This document shows, piece after piece, positions 23,198 through 35,324 of a stretch of DNA of 64,000 nt. This stretch comes from Camelus dromedarius. Lineage: Eukaryota. Made by a program: the position numbers and the translations under genes. Within the stretch, counting starts at the first letter, position 1, and the number at the start of each line of letters is the position of its first letter. Location: the NCBI RefSeq assembly GCF_036321535.1, contig NC_087437.1, forward strand, positions 58,220,001 to 58,284,000, in the 5' to 3' direction. Below the pieces are notes generated by a model, which saw only the letters and a program-made list of their open reading frames with translations, made no database searches and had not been told where the DNA came from.

Positions 23198-24933
23198 TGG
23201 ATGGCACCTTCAGATCCTGTTAACTCCATCCCCCTAATGGGGTCTCTCAGAGACCTTTGTGTCCTGTGCCTGACTGGTGATCTGGGGACCTAATGGTGTG
23301 TCTGACTCCTGATCCTGTGTTCTGGACTCTTGGCTATCAGCATGATAAGGATTTGATTTTGATTATTTTTGAAGATTCACTTGATTCCGGTACTGCTCCT
23401 CTTGATTTCACGGTCTGACCATTTGGCAATTTCTATAAATGGACTGGTGAGTCATAGAGATCTTCTGTTGTTGTTGTTGGGTGAAAGAGAATCTAGTTTG
23501 TTAATCTCTTTTGTTTGTTGGTCTATTTGTGTATGTGGAGCTCAAATCAACTGAGAATTCATGTCCTCTGGGAAAACAATAGCTCTTTGATATGAAATCA
23601 TGAGTTTTGTAAGCCTATGTTTATTCTTGACCCGGGGCTGAAATTTAAGATTTGACCTCTCTGTGCTCCATCTCTGTTTGTCTGTAGATTTATATATCTG
23701 AAATTCAGAACTGTCTTTACTTTTCATTGTGTGATTACATTATATTTTTCAGTCTCTGAATGGTATTAATAAATGAGATTATAAAGTCTTTTAAAGGAGC
23801 TTAAATACAAGTAGTTACTTATATAAACTGAATATGCTTAAACTTCCCATGAGGAAGTTGAACTTCCAATACGTTCAGTGTGCTAAAAAAATTCTGATAG
23901 AAACTAACTCAAATGTTTTAAGAAATCAAGCTCACATAATTTGAGGAACTGTTTGGCGAATAAAACTAGTTTAATATTTTTGGTTTAATAGAAAAACTGT
24001 CTTTCCGGCTTATCAGTGTTAAGTATAATATGCACCTAGATTTTATTCTACTTGGATGTCTTCTTTCTAAAGTTATACAAGTTTACTGGTCAAATAAGCT
24101 AGCATCACTTCTACCTAGAGTTTAAAATTATGCGAAGTTAAAATTTCTGTTCAGCCAGGTTGAATTATTGACAAACTATTTCAACAGCAATTAGTTTTGT
24201 AGCATGTAGTTTGAAGATAATTTCCAAGATCTTTAGGTAACATAAAATCTTGAACTGATATGAAATTGAATTAATTAATGGATAGCTGTTAGATTCTTAG
24301 ATCATTTCTGTGTAAGATGGAATACTTAGATATATTCATTTCTAAGCATAATTTTAAGCTTGTAGTTTCTACCTTTTGTTTTTATGTGGTACAGAGAGAC
24401 TATATATATATATATATATTGGAATCTGTTACTGAAAGTGTTCATTTTTGTCCCCCTTGAGAAGTTGTTCCATAAGGGATGTGTGTGGTTGTAGAAAGCA
24501 ACAGAAGTTTCGTGGAAAGAGATCTTTGCCGTGGTCAAAGCTAAGGTTTGATGAATTTATTTACAAGATTTTCAAAAAGAGCTGTAATAGCAAGTAGTAT
24601 ATCGATGCATTACTAGAATTTGGTTTTCTTTCTCTTGCAGCGAACTTTTCCTGGAGTACTGCTCTGCTCTTACTAAGAGGTTGTAAAAGATTATTTTTTA
24701 GCTTCTGTGTAATCCACTTACATTGCACAGATTCTGTGTCTTACCAGAATAACCTCTATGGCCTATGATGACTTTACTATGTCCTTGATTCTTTAAGAAA
24801 ACAAAAATTTCTCACATATGAAAGAATTAAAATTCTTTACGATCATGCTACTTCTTAGGTTTACTTTTAAAATATTTTATTGTCACTTAATCGGTAGCTA
24901 AGTGTTGTTTCTCAGTCATCCATGACCCTATCT

Positions 24934-24971
24934 CTCTTTTTTTTTAACTTTTAAAATTTTATTGTAGTAAG
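24934..24971 (-). mobile_element. 38-bp L1 3' tail with diverged 16-bp TSD
   Basis: T-run + ttttattgtagtaag; flanks atccatgaccctatct / atctgcgatcctatcc. Confidence 0.6.
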
Positions 24972-27900
24972 ATCTGCGATCCTATCCTAATCAGCTAAAA
25001 TATGGTGATAGTTTTGATAGTGTGCCTTTCCAAAATTGAATTCTAACTAATACCTTTTGTACCTAAAACTGTCTTTGAGATTTTACAGAAGGCCCCTGGA
25101 AAATCACAAAGGATTTGGTCCTTCATCTTATAAAAAGACAGATGCTAGAAATAATTAGGCTTATTTGATATGTTACTATTGTTGAGTTACATGAGAAAAG
25201 TTGTCTAATCAGGAGAGATATTTAGCCTTCTCTAGGTGAAATTTGTTTGGGAGAATGCTATTAATACGGATATTTCAGAAATTGTGTTCCGTGTGGGAAG
25301 TTCCTAGAGATTTGTCAGTGTCCTCACTGTCCCTGATATGTTTCCCTTCATCAAGTCCTGGTGCTGCTCTCCCAGATACCAGACAACAACAATACAACAT
25401 TATCAGTCATGATTTTCGTTGCTTTTTTCAAGCGTTAACTTCATCTCAATTTTATTTCTTTAATTTGAATAGGGCATCTTCCAGGCCAGTGGTTTTCAAC
25501 TGGAGAGTCACATACTCACCTATGGAGTTTTATTAATGTGCAGATGTTTAAGACCCACTCTCCCCTTACAGAATCGTTGTTTTTGATATTCTTAATATAA
25601 TCTCAGTATATTCTAACTAAAGGCTGGGTCATCCACTTGGTATAGCCATTGTATATTATGCCTCAGGATTATTGTATGTTATATCTAAACATATTTTTCT
25701 CTGTGAAATATTATACCCACCCATTTTTATAAAATAGATATAACATTCACTCCTGTGACAATAGGGTTAGTCATTATGTTTAGAGATATTTTGCCCCGAT
25801 TTTTGATTGATTTTATTATCTTATTTTGCATGCCACAGAAACAACAAACTTTCCTTGTCAGTTGGATTATTCTTGAAATGAATACTCATCAGATTTTTTG
25901 CTTTTGAAAATTATAGTGAGAAGTAAACCACAGTCATTTCAAGTCTCTTGTCCTCTACAGACAGTGTTTTATTTTCCTCTGGTGCTTCTTGGAAAGCTCT
26001 TACAATCAGCTCCAGGCCAGAGTGCTTTGTTTTCAACAAAGAAGGACTTCCTCAGAGACCTGTAGAAAAAGACTATGCTTGGTACTCCTGAGCCCAGGCT
26101 TCTGATGGTATCAGACCACTGAACACAACTCTGAGACCATACCAGTGGACTTGAGTTAGGATTTCTAGAACTTTAGTCAAGAAATAATTAGGTTCATGAG
26201 ATCAAACTGATATCAAGCAGAACAAGAATGAATTTTACATCAGTGAAGTGATAAAAGATGATTATGATTTTTGTTTGGAATATTGTTATGTTTTAATCTA
26301 TTTTCTGGATATATAAGAAATCCTTTTATCTTTTACAGTCTCAATAATCTAACAATTTAGTAGACTATGCTTTAGCAAACTGAAAAGAAACATTTGTAAA
26401 TGTTATTTTTTTCTTCCTAATTGATACCTCCAGAATTTGGAAACTGTTATTGAGTATATTATTTTCATGGCCAGTATAGTTACTTGTGTACATTCCATAA
26501 GAATCTTTCCACCATGTTAGCAAGTATAATTGAAAATACTGATTTTTTAGCCAAGTCCTTGCCTGGAATATCATAGTTGAGAATGATGCTCATTTAATCA
26601 TATACGTACAGATAAATTTAAGGAACTAAGGTTGACATTATAGAATCAATGCTTATAAAGCCCTTTTGGAAAAACTGGTTTGGTACCTGGCTCACTCATT
26701 TACTTTTTCTGACTTACAGCTGAGTCAGAAAAGCCTAGGAATCTCAGAATATTTGGGGGACTTTGAGAAGAGAAGAATTTGCCCAAATTTATAGGTACCA
26801 AAGGTAAAAATCTGATGGTGAATTCTTGACTTCCTAATCTCAAGGAGCTTTTAAAATTTCAATCTGAGATTCCTTTATGAAAACTTCTAGCAAAGCAAAC
26901 TTAAGAAGCTCTCCATGGTAAATTTCTATTCTTGCTGCACCTGTGTAAATAATGAAGCCAAAGAAATGAGACCAGTCTTATTTGGTAAGCAAGAATAATC
27001 TTTCTTTGACATCTTTGTTGGTTAAAAGAGGGGTGGCTAAGGAGATAAGTTTTGTGTTTCAACAGAGAGTTTTCAGTTACAGCGTTGTTTATATCACAGC
27101 CTTCCAGGTTGTCAAATTCTTGCTCTGATTATTGTCTTTAAGTGGTTTTTTTTTTTTAACATCTTTTTTGAAATTGTGGCACTTAATGGATATGTAAACC
27201 CTGTCTTGTCATCTTGTCTGATAAAGATGAATCCATCTCCCCCATGGTGGAAAAGCAAGTTTCGGTACCTACGTGCAAGTGAACTGTGTGCAAATCGCCA
27301 GAACTGCTAATTCTTACCAAATTTGTGATTCTTTCACTTTCCTTCAATATCTGATTACAATTCTCTAAGCTAATGTTTGCAATTTCTCTCCTTCCCTCCC
27401 TCTTGACTTCATGTTACCAAAGACAAGGACTAAAGCTTGACTTGGGTCCCTTTTGAGACTCTAGGTTGCCTGCAGCTGGCCCATTTCTCCAGGATCTGAA
27501 GAATCCCTGGGAACTTGATTTAAACCTTAATGTTGTAGCACATCATGCATGGGCTGATGTCTCCCTGAACAAGCCACTGTCTTGGCCACAAAGGAAGTCC
27601 AGTGATGGCTGGGGTCATGCATGACCTTATATAAAAGGTAACCAAGATTGTAGACATTGTCACCAAGAGCATGGGCATCCTAGCTTGAGAGTTTCAAGAA
27701 ACTAAATGAGTAGTGTTGCAGACCTGAAAGATTTTTCTCCACTGACTTCTTATAATCCTCTATACCAGTTACCCTTGGGATTGAACTCTTAGCTCTTACT
27801 TTAATACAACATTTTATGTTAATACTTCTTCTCTTCATTGTAAGCATCCCTCTTTTAGGATGCTTGATCTCCAGGACCCTAAAAAAACTGACCTTTGCCA

Positions 27901-29617
27901 CCACCTCTAAACAACTATTTCAGCTGATTGCAGGAACAACACCAATGGCTGGAGATGATTTCTTAGACGCCACTTCACCGAATCAGAGGTTTCTGATTGC
28001 CTGAGTTGTTTGGAAAGGGAATGCTGATATTGTTGAAATTTACCTTTGCTCTGTGCGCCAAGAAAACAAGGACAATTAAGAAACCACCACCTCCCCACCC
28101 TTTATTCTCAGAGAGAAAGGCTAATCTTAACCATCTAACCACATAAAACTAGCAGATGCTGGCATATTTCAAGATAAAACCCATCTCCCTCTTTCCTCAA
28201 TGACTCAGATAAGACAGGGCTCTACCCTTCTCATGACCCCCATAGCAATTCAGAAAGAACTCCTCGGTTTCTGTGCCTCTGTAAATCCCCAGATGGCTTT
28301 CCGTGCTTTTTAGAGGTGGTTGGGGGTGGGGGGGATGTTCTCCATTAATAAGATGTTACAATAGTCTGAATAAAATCTTCTTAATTGACTGATACATTCT
28401 GTCTTTGACATTTGTCTGATTTTAGGTTCTATCTTTGTTTCTGAATGCTGGGAAGTGTGCTTTCTTTTTTTCAAGTCCAGCTAGATATTTTTAAAGGTTT
28501 AAGATTTATATAACACTTTTATGTGCTTTTAGCAGGGGAGGGACCCTCAGTAACCCAGCCCTCCTTGTGGTAGGAAATAGATGCCTCCTCTCTTCTCTTT
28601 CTGTGTTTTTTGTTGGTGGATATATTTTGTACCCAGCTCCTTTAGGGCTTTGCCTTTTGATTTACAAAAACCTCTTTTCCCCTTTAAAACATAAAGCTCC
28701 AAGCTTTGGCTTTCATAATTATTGCCTCTGAAGCGGGCATCAAGAGCGTTTCTCAGGACTCAAAACCTGAACACCAGCTCTCTTTGCATTTCGCTTACAA
28801 TTATATCAATCATTCCTCCCCAGCAGTGGATGCCTTTGGATGAATAAATGGAAGGGTTTTGTATGAGGAAAAGAGAAAGTTCACTGAAAGTTATCTCAGT
28901 TCTGTCTCAATCATTCATACCTATTATCCAGCAGAAAATCTCCTGGAAGCTCTTGTGCTTGCCTTTGCATTCTGTGCAAAGAATCACAAAACAGGGGCTC
29001 CCTGTGACGCACTCATTCACAGGTCCCAAACCCCTCGATTTGACCCTCACTTCAGCCTGTTTCTCCTAAGAGTTGGCTGACTTTGCTACTCCGATTAAAC
29101 CTTTACTTTTCTTCGAATTTGACTCACTCTCTTTCTTCCTGTGTTATGATTTTGACAGCTCCCCAATGTTATCCATCTAGACAACTCAAATAAGACCAAT
29201 CTTTGTTGTCCCATCTTTTGGACAAAACTCTAGGCATTTCCACCAAATTCCCCTAACAGGATCTGGACATCTGGACTGAAAAACAAAATACAAACAACAA
29301 CAACAAAAAAACCCATTTCATAGATCCTTTCCAGGGAGCAGATTTTGGTTAGCAGACAGGAACTGAGACCTAGAGAGATGGAGAATCATCTTTGAGACAG
29401 AAATGGTGGGCCACTAGCCAGAGGGAGAAAGGATCCCACAGGAGAAGAAAAGAAGCCACAATGTTAACACCTTTAAAGAAAATGTATTACCCAAGTAACA
29501 TGTGATCACTGTAGAAAGATTAGAAAGGAGAAAGAGGAAAATATTATACAGAGAAAACCAAAGTTAAGATGAAGGTTTTATTCTCATGTACATCATCCTA
29601 AATTTTGATTATACATC

Positions 29618-29623
<6 letters not shown>

Positions 29624-29667
<44 letters not shown>
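29624..29667. repeat. Interrupted (TG)n microsatellite
   Basis: Direct reading. Confidence 0.95.
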
Positions 29668-29869
29668 CATACACACACATACATGATTTATCTGAAGAAA
29701 TCCTAATATTGAATTTTAGGTTCTTCCTAATTGTTGCTATTACAAACAAACAGTGATGATCATTCCTGTAGGCAATTTTGCTACACATATTTTGACGCTT
29801 TAGTTACATGCTCCTCTAGGACCTTTCATAAATATAAAGCAGTTTTTGTGGTCATTACTAGTTATAAAT

Positions 29870-30105
29870 AAACAATTGATAACAATTTTTGAGTACTTTC
29901 TAGACCCAAGCAATGTTCTAAATGCTTTGCACAGATGACTTGAGCAATTAATCTTCCTCACTAATTCCATAAGGGAGGTACTAATGTTACCACTATTTAT
30001 AGATGGGGAAACTGAGACTTCAAAAGGTTAAGGAAGTTGTGTAAGGTCATGCAACTAGTAAGTGGCAGAGCCAAAGTGAAACCGTCCCGAGTCCAGAGGC
30101 TGCAT
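29870..30105 (-). mobile_element. MIR SINE
   Basis: tatagatggggaaactgagact..aggttaagg..aaggtcatgcaactagtaagtggcagagcc. Confidence 0.9.

Positions 30106-30108
<3 letters not shown>

Positions 30109-30143
<35 letters not shown>
30109..30143. repeat. (TG)n microsatellite, ~17 units
   Basis: Direct reading. Confidence 0.95.
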
Positions 30144-30147
<4 letters not shown>

Positions 30148-30782
30148 GACTGTACATCTATATACAAAATGTGCCAGATTAAGTGGCAAAGACTGGCATT
30201 TATCTTTTTCTTTTAAAAGCCAAATTTTAACTAGCCAACATTTGGCCTAGAAGGAATGAACACTGGTTTGTACTTAACATTTCACACAATTTTTTGAATC
30301 TTAACAACAATTATGTAAAGTATGCAAAAAACCATAATTGGGGCCAGTTTAAATCTTTAAAATCACTACGCTCTCAAAGACTAAGGTATTCATCCACTCC
30401 CCCATCCTCATGTGGCCTTCAGTGTGAAAATATTAACAAGCAGTATGATAGGTGCTGTACAAGTTCTAGGTTAGAATTCTAAGAAATTCTGAATTTTCTC
30501 GTAACTACTACATTGATGTTTCTCTATAAATTCAAATATTTAAATTTTCATTTCTTTCTGTCTCTGTGATGTTTTGGAGGACATGGAGGCATTCTTTCAG
30601 CACTATTGTCTGAAATTTATGGGGTTCTTGAGTGTGAATATGGAGTAACCCAACATTAGGCACAATTACTGTCATCGTTACTTTCGAGGTGATCAGACTG
30701 GGGGAGATGCATACCTTCACCAGACTTCTCACCTGGCAAGAGCTGGGGCTGGAAGCCGATGGAGCTTCTACATTTCCTGCTC

Positions 30783-31060
30783 AATGCTGCTCAAAGTATG
30801 CGCCACAGACCATGGCCAGTAGACCAAGTATTTGTTCCTAGTCCTCAATGTGTAGGTACAGAGGTTAAGAATAAGCATTTAGAATCTTTTACAGTAAATT
30901 TGCCATTGCTCTGACATGCAGGCATGTGATTGGTTGACTCATCTCAATAAAAAGAGAGTACAGACCAGTTGTCCAACCCACTGGGGAGTCACGTGGGTAT
31001 GAGCTGCTTCCAGTCACATGTAGTCATTTCATGGTTTCAGGTGTTGTTCCTTGATGGACT
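30783..31060. mobile_element. hAT-Charlie element (MER119-like)
   Basis: caatgctgctcaaagtatg..; gtacaga..taagcatttagaa.cttttacag..tttgccattgc. Confidence 0.65.
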
Positions 31061-31075
31061 GGGGTTGGGAATGGG

Positions 31076-31262
31076 GTAGTCACATAAAGCACAGGATGCC
31101 CAGTTAAGTCTGAACTGCAGGTAACAGTGGATAATATTTTAGTAGTACTATGCCCCAAGAATTTTCTGGGACATATTTCTAACTAAAAGTTATTTTAGGT
31201 TTGTCTAAAATTCAAGCTTAATTCGGTGTCCTGTATTTTTATTTGCTAAATCTGGAAACCCT
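31076..31262. mobile_element. MER53 DNA transposon
   Basis: acaggatgcccagttaa.. and tgtcctgtatttttatttgctaaatctggaaaccct, internally inverted structure. Confidence 0.85.
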
Positions 31263-32159
31263 AGATAGGGGTGCCAGACAACTGGCCCTCCATCACAGCT
31301 AAAGACAGAAGTTCTGTTGCAGTCTCCTCAAGAGCTCTGGGCTCGGAATAACTCTAAGTCATGGTGGGTGCAGACTGAGACGAGATCTTCGCTGTCTTCT
31401 GTTTCATTTGTTTGTTCTCCCACCAAGGTGGGTTAAACCCATCCATGCTCTCTTTTGTTAATCTGCTTAGTTATTTCTCAGCTCTAGATGTTCACAGTGA
31501 TACTGTTTCTTTCTTTTTCTTGGCCTTCAGTAGCCTTAGGAGAGTAGATGTTTCTGAACAAAATTTCTGCACTACTTCGAGGATTAATAAGTTAATGCCT
31601 GACAGCACTTTAAGAGATAGAAAAGTGCTTTATTTACAGCTCACCAAACAATAAAATTGTTTCCCGTGTACCTTCTGTTATTGTCATCTAAGCTGTTTTG
31701 CTGCATTTTCTACCATTATTCAAATCCATCTTCAAAATTCTCTACTCAAAGATTTATGACAAAATACCTACTGCACCTTGTCCAGTAATTTGCATACAGG
31801 CAAAATGAGCATGCTCTGTTTAAAATAAATGTTGAGCTCCGAAAGAGGAGTGATCTCACTTTTCTCATCTTTAAAATTGGGTTGTTGTACTAGGTGATCT
31901 CTGGGGCTCCTCAGCATCTCGAATTGTTCTGTGATTTAAAGTCACCAGAGAAAGCCTACGTCTTTGTAGAAATGAGCAGCGACAGGTCGTCTACTTCCAG
32001 GCTAAAGGGAGAAGCGTCAGAGGCCCATAAGTGCCCAGGAATCCTGGCTGGCAGATGCTTCCTTCTCCACCTCTTTTCTGAATCCGCCTCCCATAATGAA
32101 GCTCTCCTGGTTTATGGACTCCATCCAAGTGGATTAGAGGGAGTGGGGAGGTACTGAGC

Positions 32160-32330
32160 TGGGAGTTAGTTAGGACTGGATTGGAATCTTGGCTTTGCCG
32201 CTTATGAGCCATATGATTTGGGAGCACTTTATAAACCAAATGACCACAGCTACTTTCTGGCCTCCACAAGAGTGGCACAGTTTCCATCAGGGTGGATCAA
32301 TTCTATCGGGGAAATGTCTTTAAGGTCTCA
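32160..32330 (+). mobile_element. MIR SINE (degenerate)
   Basis: gactggattggaatcttggctttgccgctta..gatttggg. Confidence 0.55.
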
Positions 32331-32669
32331 ATAGGCTCTTTTGGTTGTGAAAGGATAGGGTGGCAGTGCTATTTTAGATGCTTAGGGGTGCTAGTTTAGA
32401 TGATTAGGGTTGCCTCAAAGAGAATTGCAGGCTCTGTAAACTAAAAGACAAGGATGCCAGAGTGGTTTATCAGGGAAGGAGATTGGGCCCTTGGAAAAGG
32501 AGAGAAAGAAATGGAGAGTGAAACTGACAAGCCACGCAGACTCCACGCTGGTCGTACAGCTGCGTGAGCTGATGCGGGAAGGAGTGACAGTAGTGTGGAG
32601 GGCAGGGCCTGGGCAAGGGCAGGGCTGCTCTGTTCAGGCAGTCAATGCCATGCATACGTGGAGGTCAAG

Positions 32670-32830
32670 CACCATTAGATCTTCCAGGATTTCAAGAAAA
32701 GCCAGAAATCTGGGGAAAAGCTCTTCATTTTAAAATATTGAAAACTTATTAAAAATTTATTTCACTACTGTGCTGGCTGACAAAATATGTCTGTGGAGTA
32801 TAGTTGGCCTGTGAGCTACTATTTTAGAAT
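32670..32830. mobile_element. Ancient hAT-Tip100-like (MamRep/MamTip-type) fragment
   Basis: agatcttcc..tttcaagaaaagccagaaatctgg..actgtg..caaaatatgtctgtgg..ttggcctgtgag. Confidence 0.6.
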
Positions 32831-34214
32831 ATCATTGTAGAGATATATCCTGGTGAGAAAATAAGAAAAAATTTTAGTATAGTCAAGCCTTTTCTGACTT
32901 GACCTGTTTTGTGTTTGCTGTAAGAATCTTAGGTTGTTTCAGATTTTCTGTAAAAAATTTGATATACACAATAGCTTGAATTTGTGATGACAGGGCAAAG
33001 TGGTATAAAAAGGAGATGGCGATTGCCAGAGTGAGATAAAATGAAGAATCGAGAATTCAGCAGAAGAAATCCAAAGAGATGAAAAAGAGAAAGCATCCCA
33101 AGAATGCTGAGAAAAACAAAACCCCTCCGACTGTAAGAATTTTGGTGGGATGCCCTGGGCTTTCAGAGAAAACGGAATGGAGATTGGGCATTTCTAGGCA
33201 CAAAAAGAGCCACCCCAGAAAGCTGGAGAACTTGGAGATACGCGGGAACAGATACTTAATTTACAAAGGGAATAAAACGATATAAAACCCATCAATGAGG
33301 AACGTCATACATAAATAATATCTGCTGTTGGGATGTTCTGAGGGTGCGGCAGACTGGAAATGAAAGGAAATGAGGTTTGTTTCTGGGCGGGGCTGGGACA
33401 GTTAGGAGGAGCTTTGGTGACACACCTTCCCCCGACGTTGACTGCCTGAGTAGAGAGAAGGTGGAATAGCAGGAAGACCGCCCACTGGGGCAGGAAAAGC
33501 TGCTGAGACATTCCAGAATTGCATGTCCACAAAAGCACTGAGTCATTAAGGAAAACCTGTAGTGATCAGCAGTGAGGCTTGACAAACCTGGGAAGGAAAA
33601 ACAAGGAGGAGATATGGAACCAGACAAAGTCAGGATCTCTATGGTTTCAAGGCAAACCATGGTTGAGAGGTCCCTATGCGGAGTGAATGCATGTGTCCAT
33701 GACCTTCTGGAGAAGGGAGGACATGCAGTGTATGAACGTAATGGGGGGCGGGGGTGTTGTTGCAGGTATTCTGCCACTCAGAAGCCAGCTGGTCCCTTTC
33801 TTTGTTCTCAGTCCTCTTGGGAATCCCATGGGGCATAACATCAACACTCTCAAAGACAACACAGGCTTTTCTTTCCCAGGCAGCATGAGTTTCAGCCTCA
33901 TAAATCCCAGAAGTGGTTTCATGGCTAACAAATTCAGGAAAACCAGCATTTCTATTCCCCATGTGAGTATGAGGGCTCAGGATGGCTTGTAGACGTACTA
34001 CAGTGCTTAGCACCACGTTTCCTGCAGAGGGAGATTTGCTGCCCTTTCCATGAGACCGTCCCACTGCAGATATTGGCCGCATCATCTCTCTGGTCACCGT
34101 TATAATCAGCACGTGTTCAATAGAGGCAGAGAAAATTGGAAGAGTGCCCTGTCTGGTCAGGACCATCTAACTGGACTAGACATGGGAAGGACCAAGGGAC
34201 TGGGGTCACAGGAA

Positions 34215-34460
34215 AGCCAGTGCTTGGTGCTAACATTTATGAAGCACTGCATGGAACGTGTGACATGACTTATCTCATTTTCATTCCCCAAATCTCCATG
34301 GTAAAGATGGTTGTGGGAATCATTTTATGGTTGGGGAAACCAAGGTTTACAGAGATTAGGTAAAATGCCTGAGGCCACACAGCTGGTCAGTGGCAGAGCT
34401 GGGACTTGAATGCAGGTTTGTCTGATCCAAAGCCCAGGTAACTAACTCCTTGGCAATGCC
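34215..34460 (-). mobile_element. MIR SINE
   Basis: ggggaaaccaagg..aggccacacagctggtcagtggcagagctgggacttgaa..tctgatccaaagccc. Confidence 0.9.
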
Positions 34461-35001
34461 AAGGAGTGACCACTGACACATAGATGGCTAAGGTTACTGG
34501 ACTCACGTCTCTATGGAAATATAGATGCCAAGGCCACAAAGGCACTTTGAGAACAAAGGCCAGTCTCTTAAATTATCAATAGGCCGTCAAAAAACTCCAC
34601 AGTGCTACAGCTGGACCATCGTCAGATGACCTAAATACTCGTGGGCATTTCCTCATAGCTCTGTCCAGCTACATGCATTCCTGGGGTTGGGCTTCCACGC
34701 TGTCTGGGCACCCAGACTTGGGTTTCAGCATGAGCATCACAGTGAATTTGAGTGAGATTTTTGTCTTACTCCAAACTTCTGTGCTCCCCATAAAACTTAA
34801 GTTGACCACCTACACCCCCAGCCTCCCCAGCCCATTTGCTGGACTGGACTGAAATAACCATGTTAAGAAAAAGGAGAGACAGCCTAAAAACAAAGGCATT
34901 CAGGGACAAAAAATCTGCATTTTCTGGTGCAGCTGACTGTTGGAGTTTGCCTCTTCAACATCTCCATTACCAAGCAGTCTATCCGTCGCTTCCATTTTTC
35001 T

Positions 35002-35324
35002 TTTCTTTTTATTGACATATAGTCAGTTTACAATGTTGTGTCAGTTTCTGGTGTATAGCATATGTTTCAGTCATAGATACATGTATATAGATTCCTTTTC
35101 ATATTCCTCATATTCTTTTTCATTAGAGGTTACTACAAGATATTGACTATAATCTTTGTGCTATAAGTATGAACTTGTTGTTTATCTATTTTATACAGAG
35201 TAGTTAGTAACTGCAAATCCTGAACTCCCAATTTATCTCTCCCACCCTCTTCCACTCCTGGTAACCATAAGTTTGTTTTCTATGTCTGTGAATCTGTTTC
35301 TGTTTTGTAAATAAGTTCATTTGT
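35002..35324 (-). mobile_element. Young lineage-specific L1 3' end (cetartiodactyl, camelid-like) with TSD
   Basis: tttattgacatatagtcagtttacaatgttgtgtcagtttctggtgta..ctggtaaccataagtttgttttctatgtctgtg; flanks 34985-35001 and 35325-35341 match 14/17. Confidence 0.88.

Larger units (their letters stand above)
22886..28410 (+). mobile_element. Decayed ERV1 (MER4-group-like, non-autonomous) provirus: 5' LTR ~22886-23176, internal region, 3' LTR ~28022-28410
   Basis: Two diverged homologous LTRs ending tgaataaaatc..tgtct..; PBS after the 5' LTR; polypurine tract ggaaagggaa 28012-28021; AT-rich MER4-int-like interior. Confidence 0.85.

Noticed and set aside
22880..28416. TSD for the provirus
   Set aside because: Flanks cctt / tttg do not match at the best LTR boundaries
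33292..34166. Dense overlapping ORFs of 161 and 175 aa
   Set aside because: Explained by higher local GC; no domain-like content
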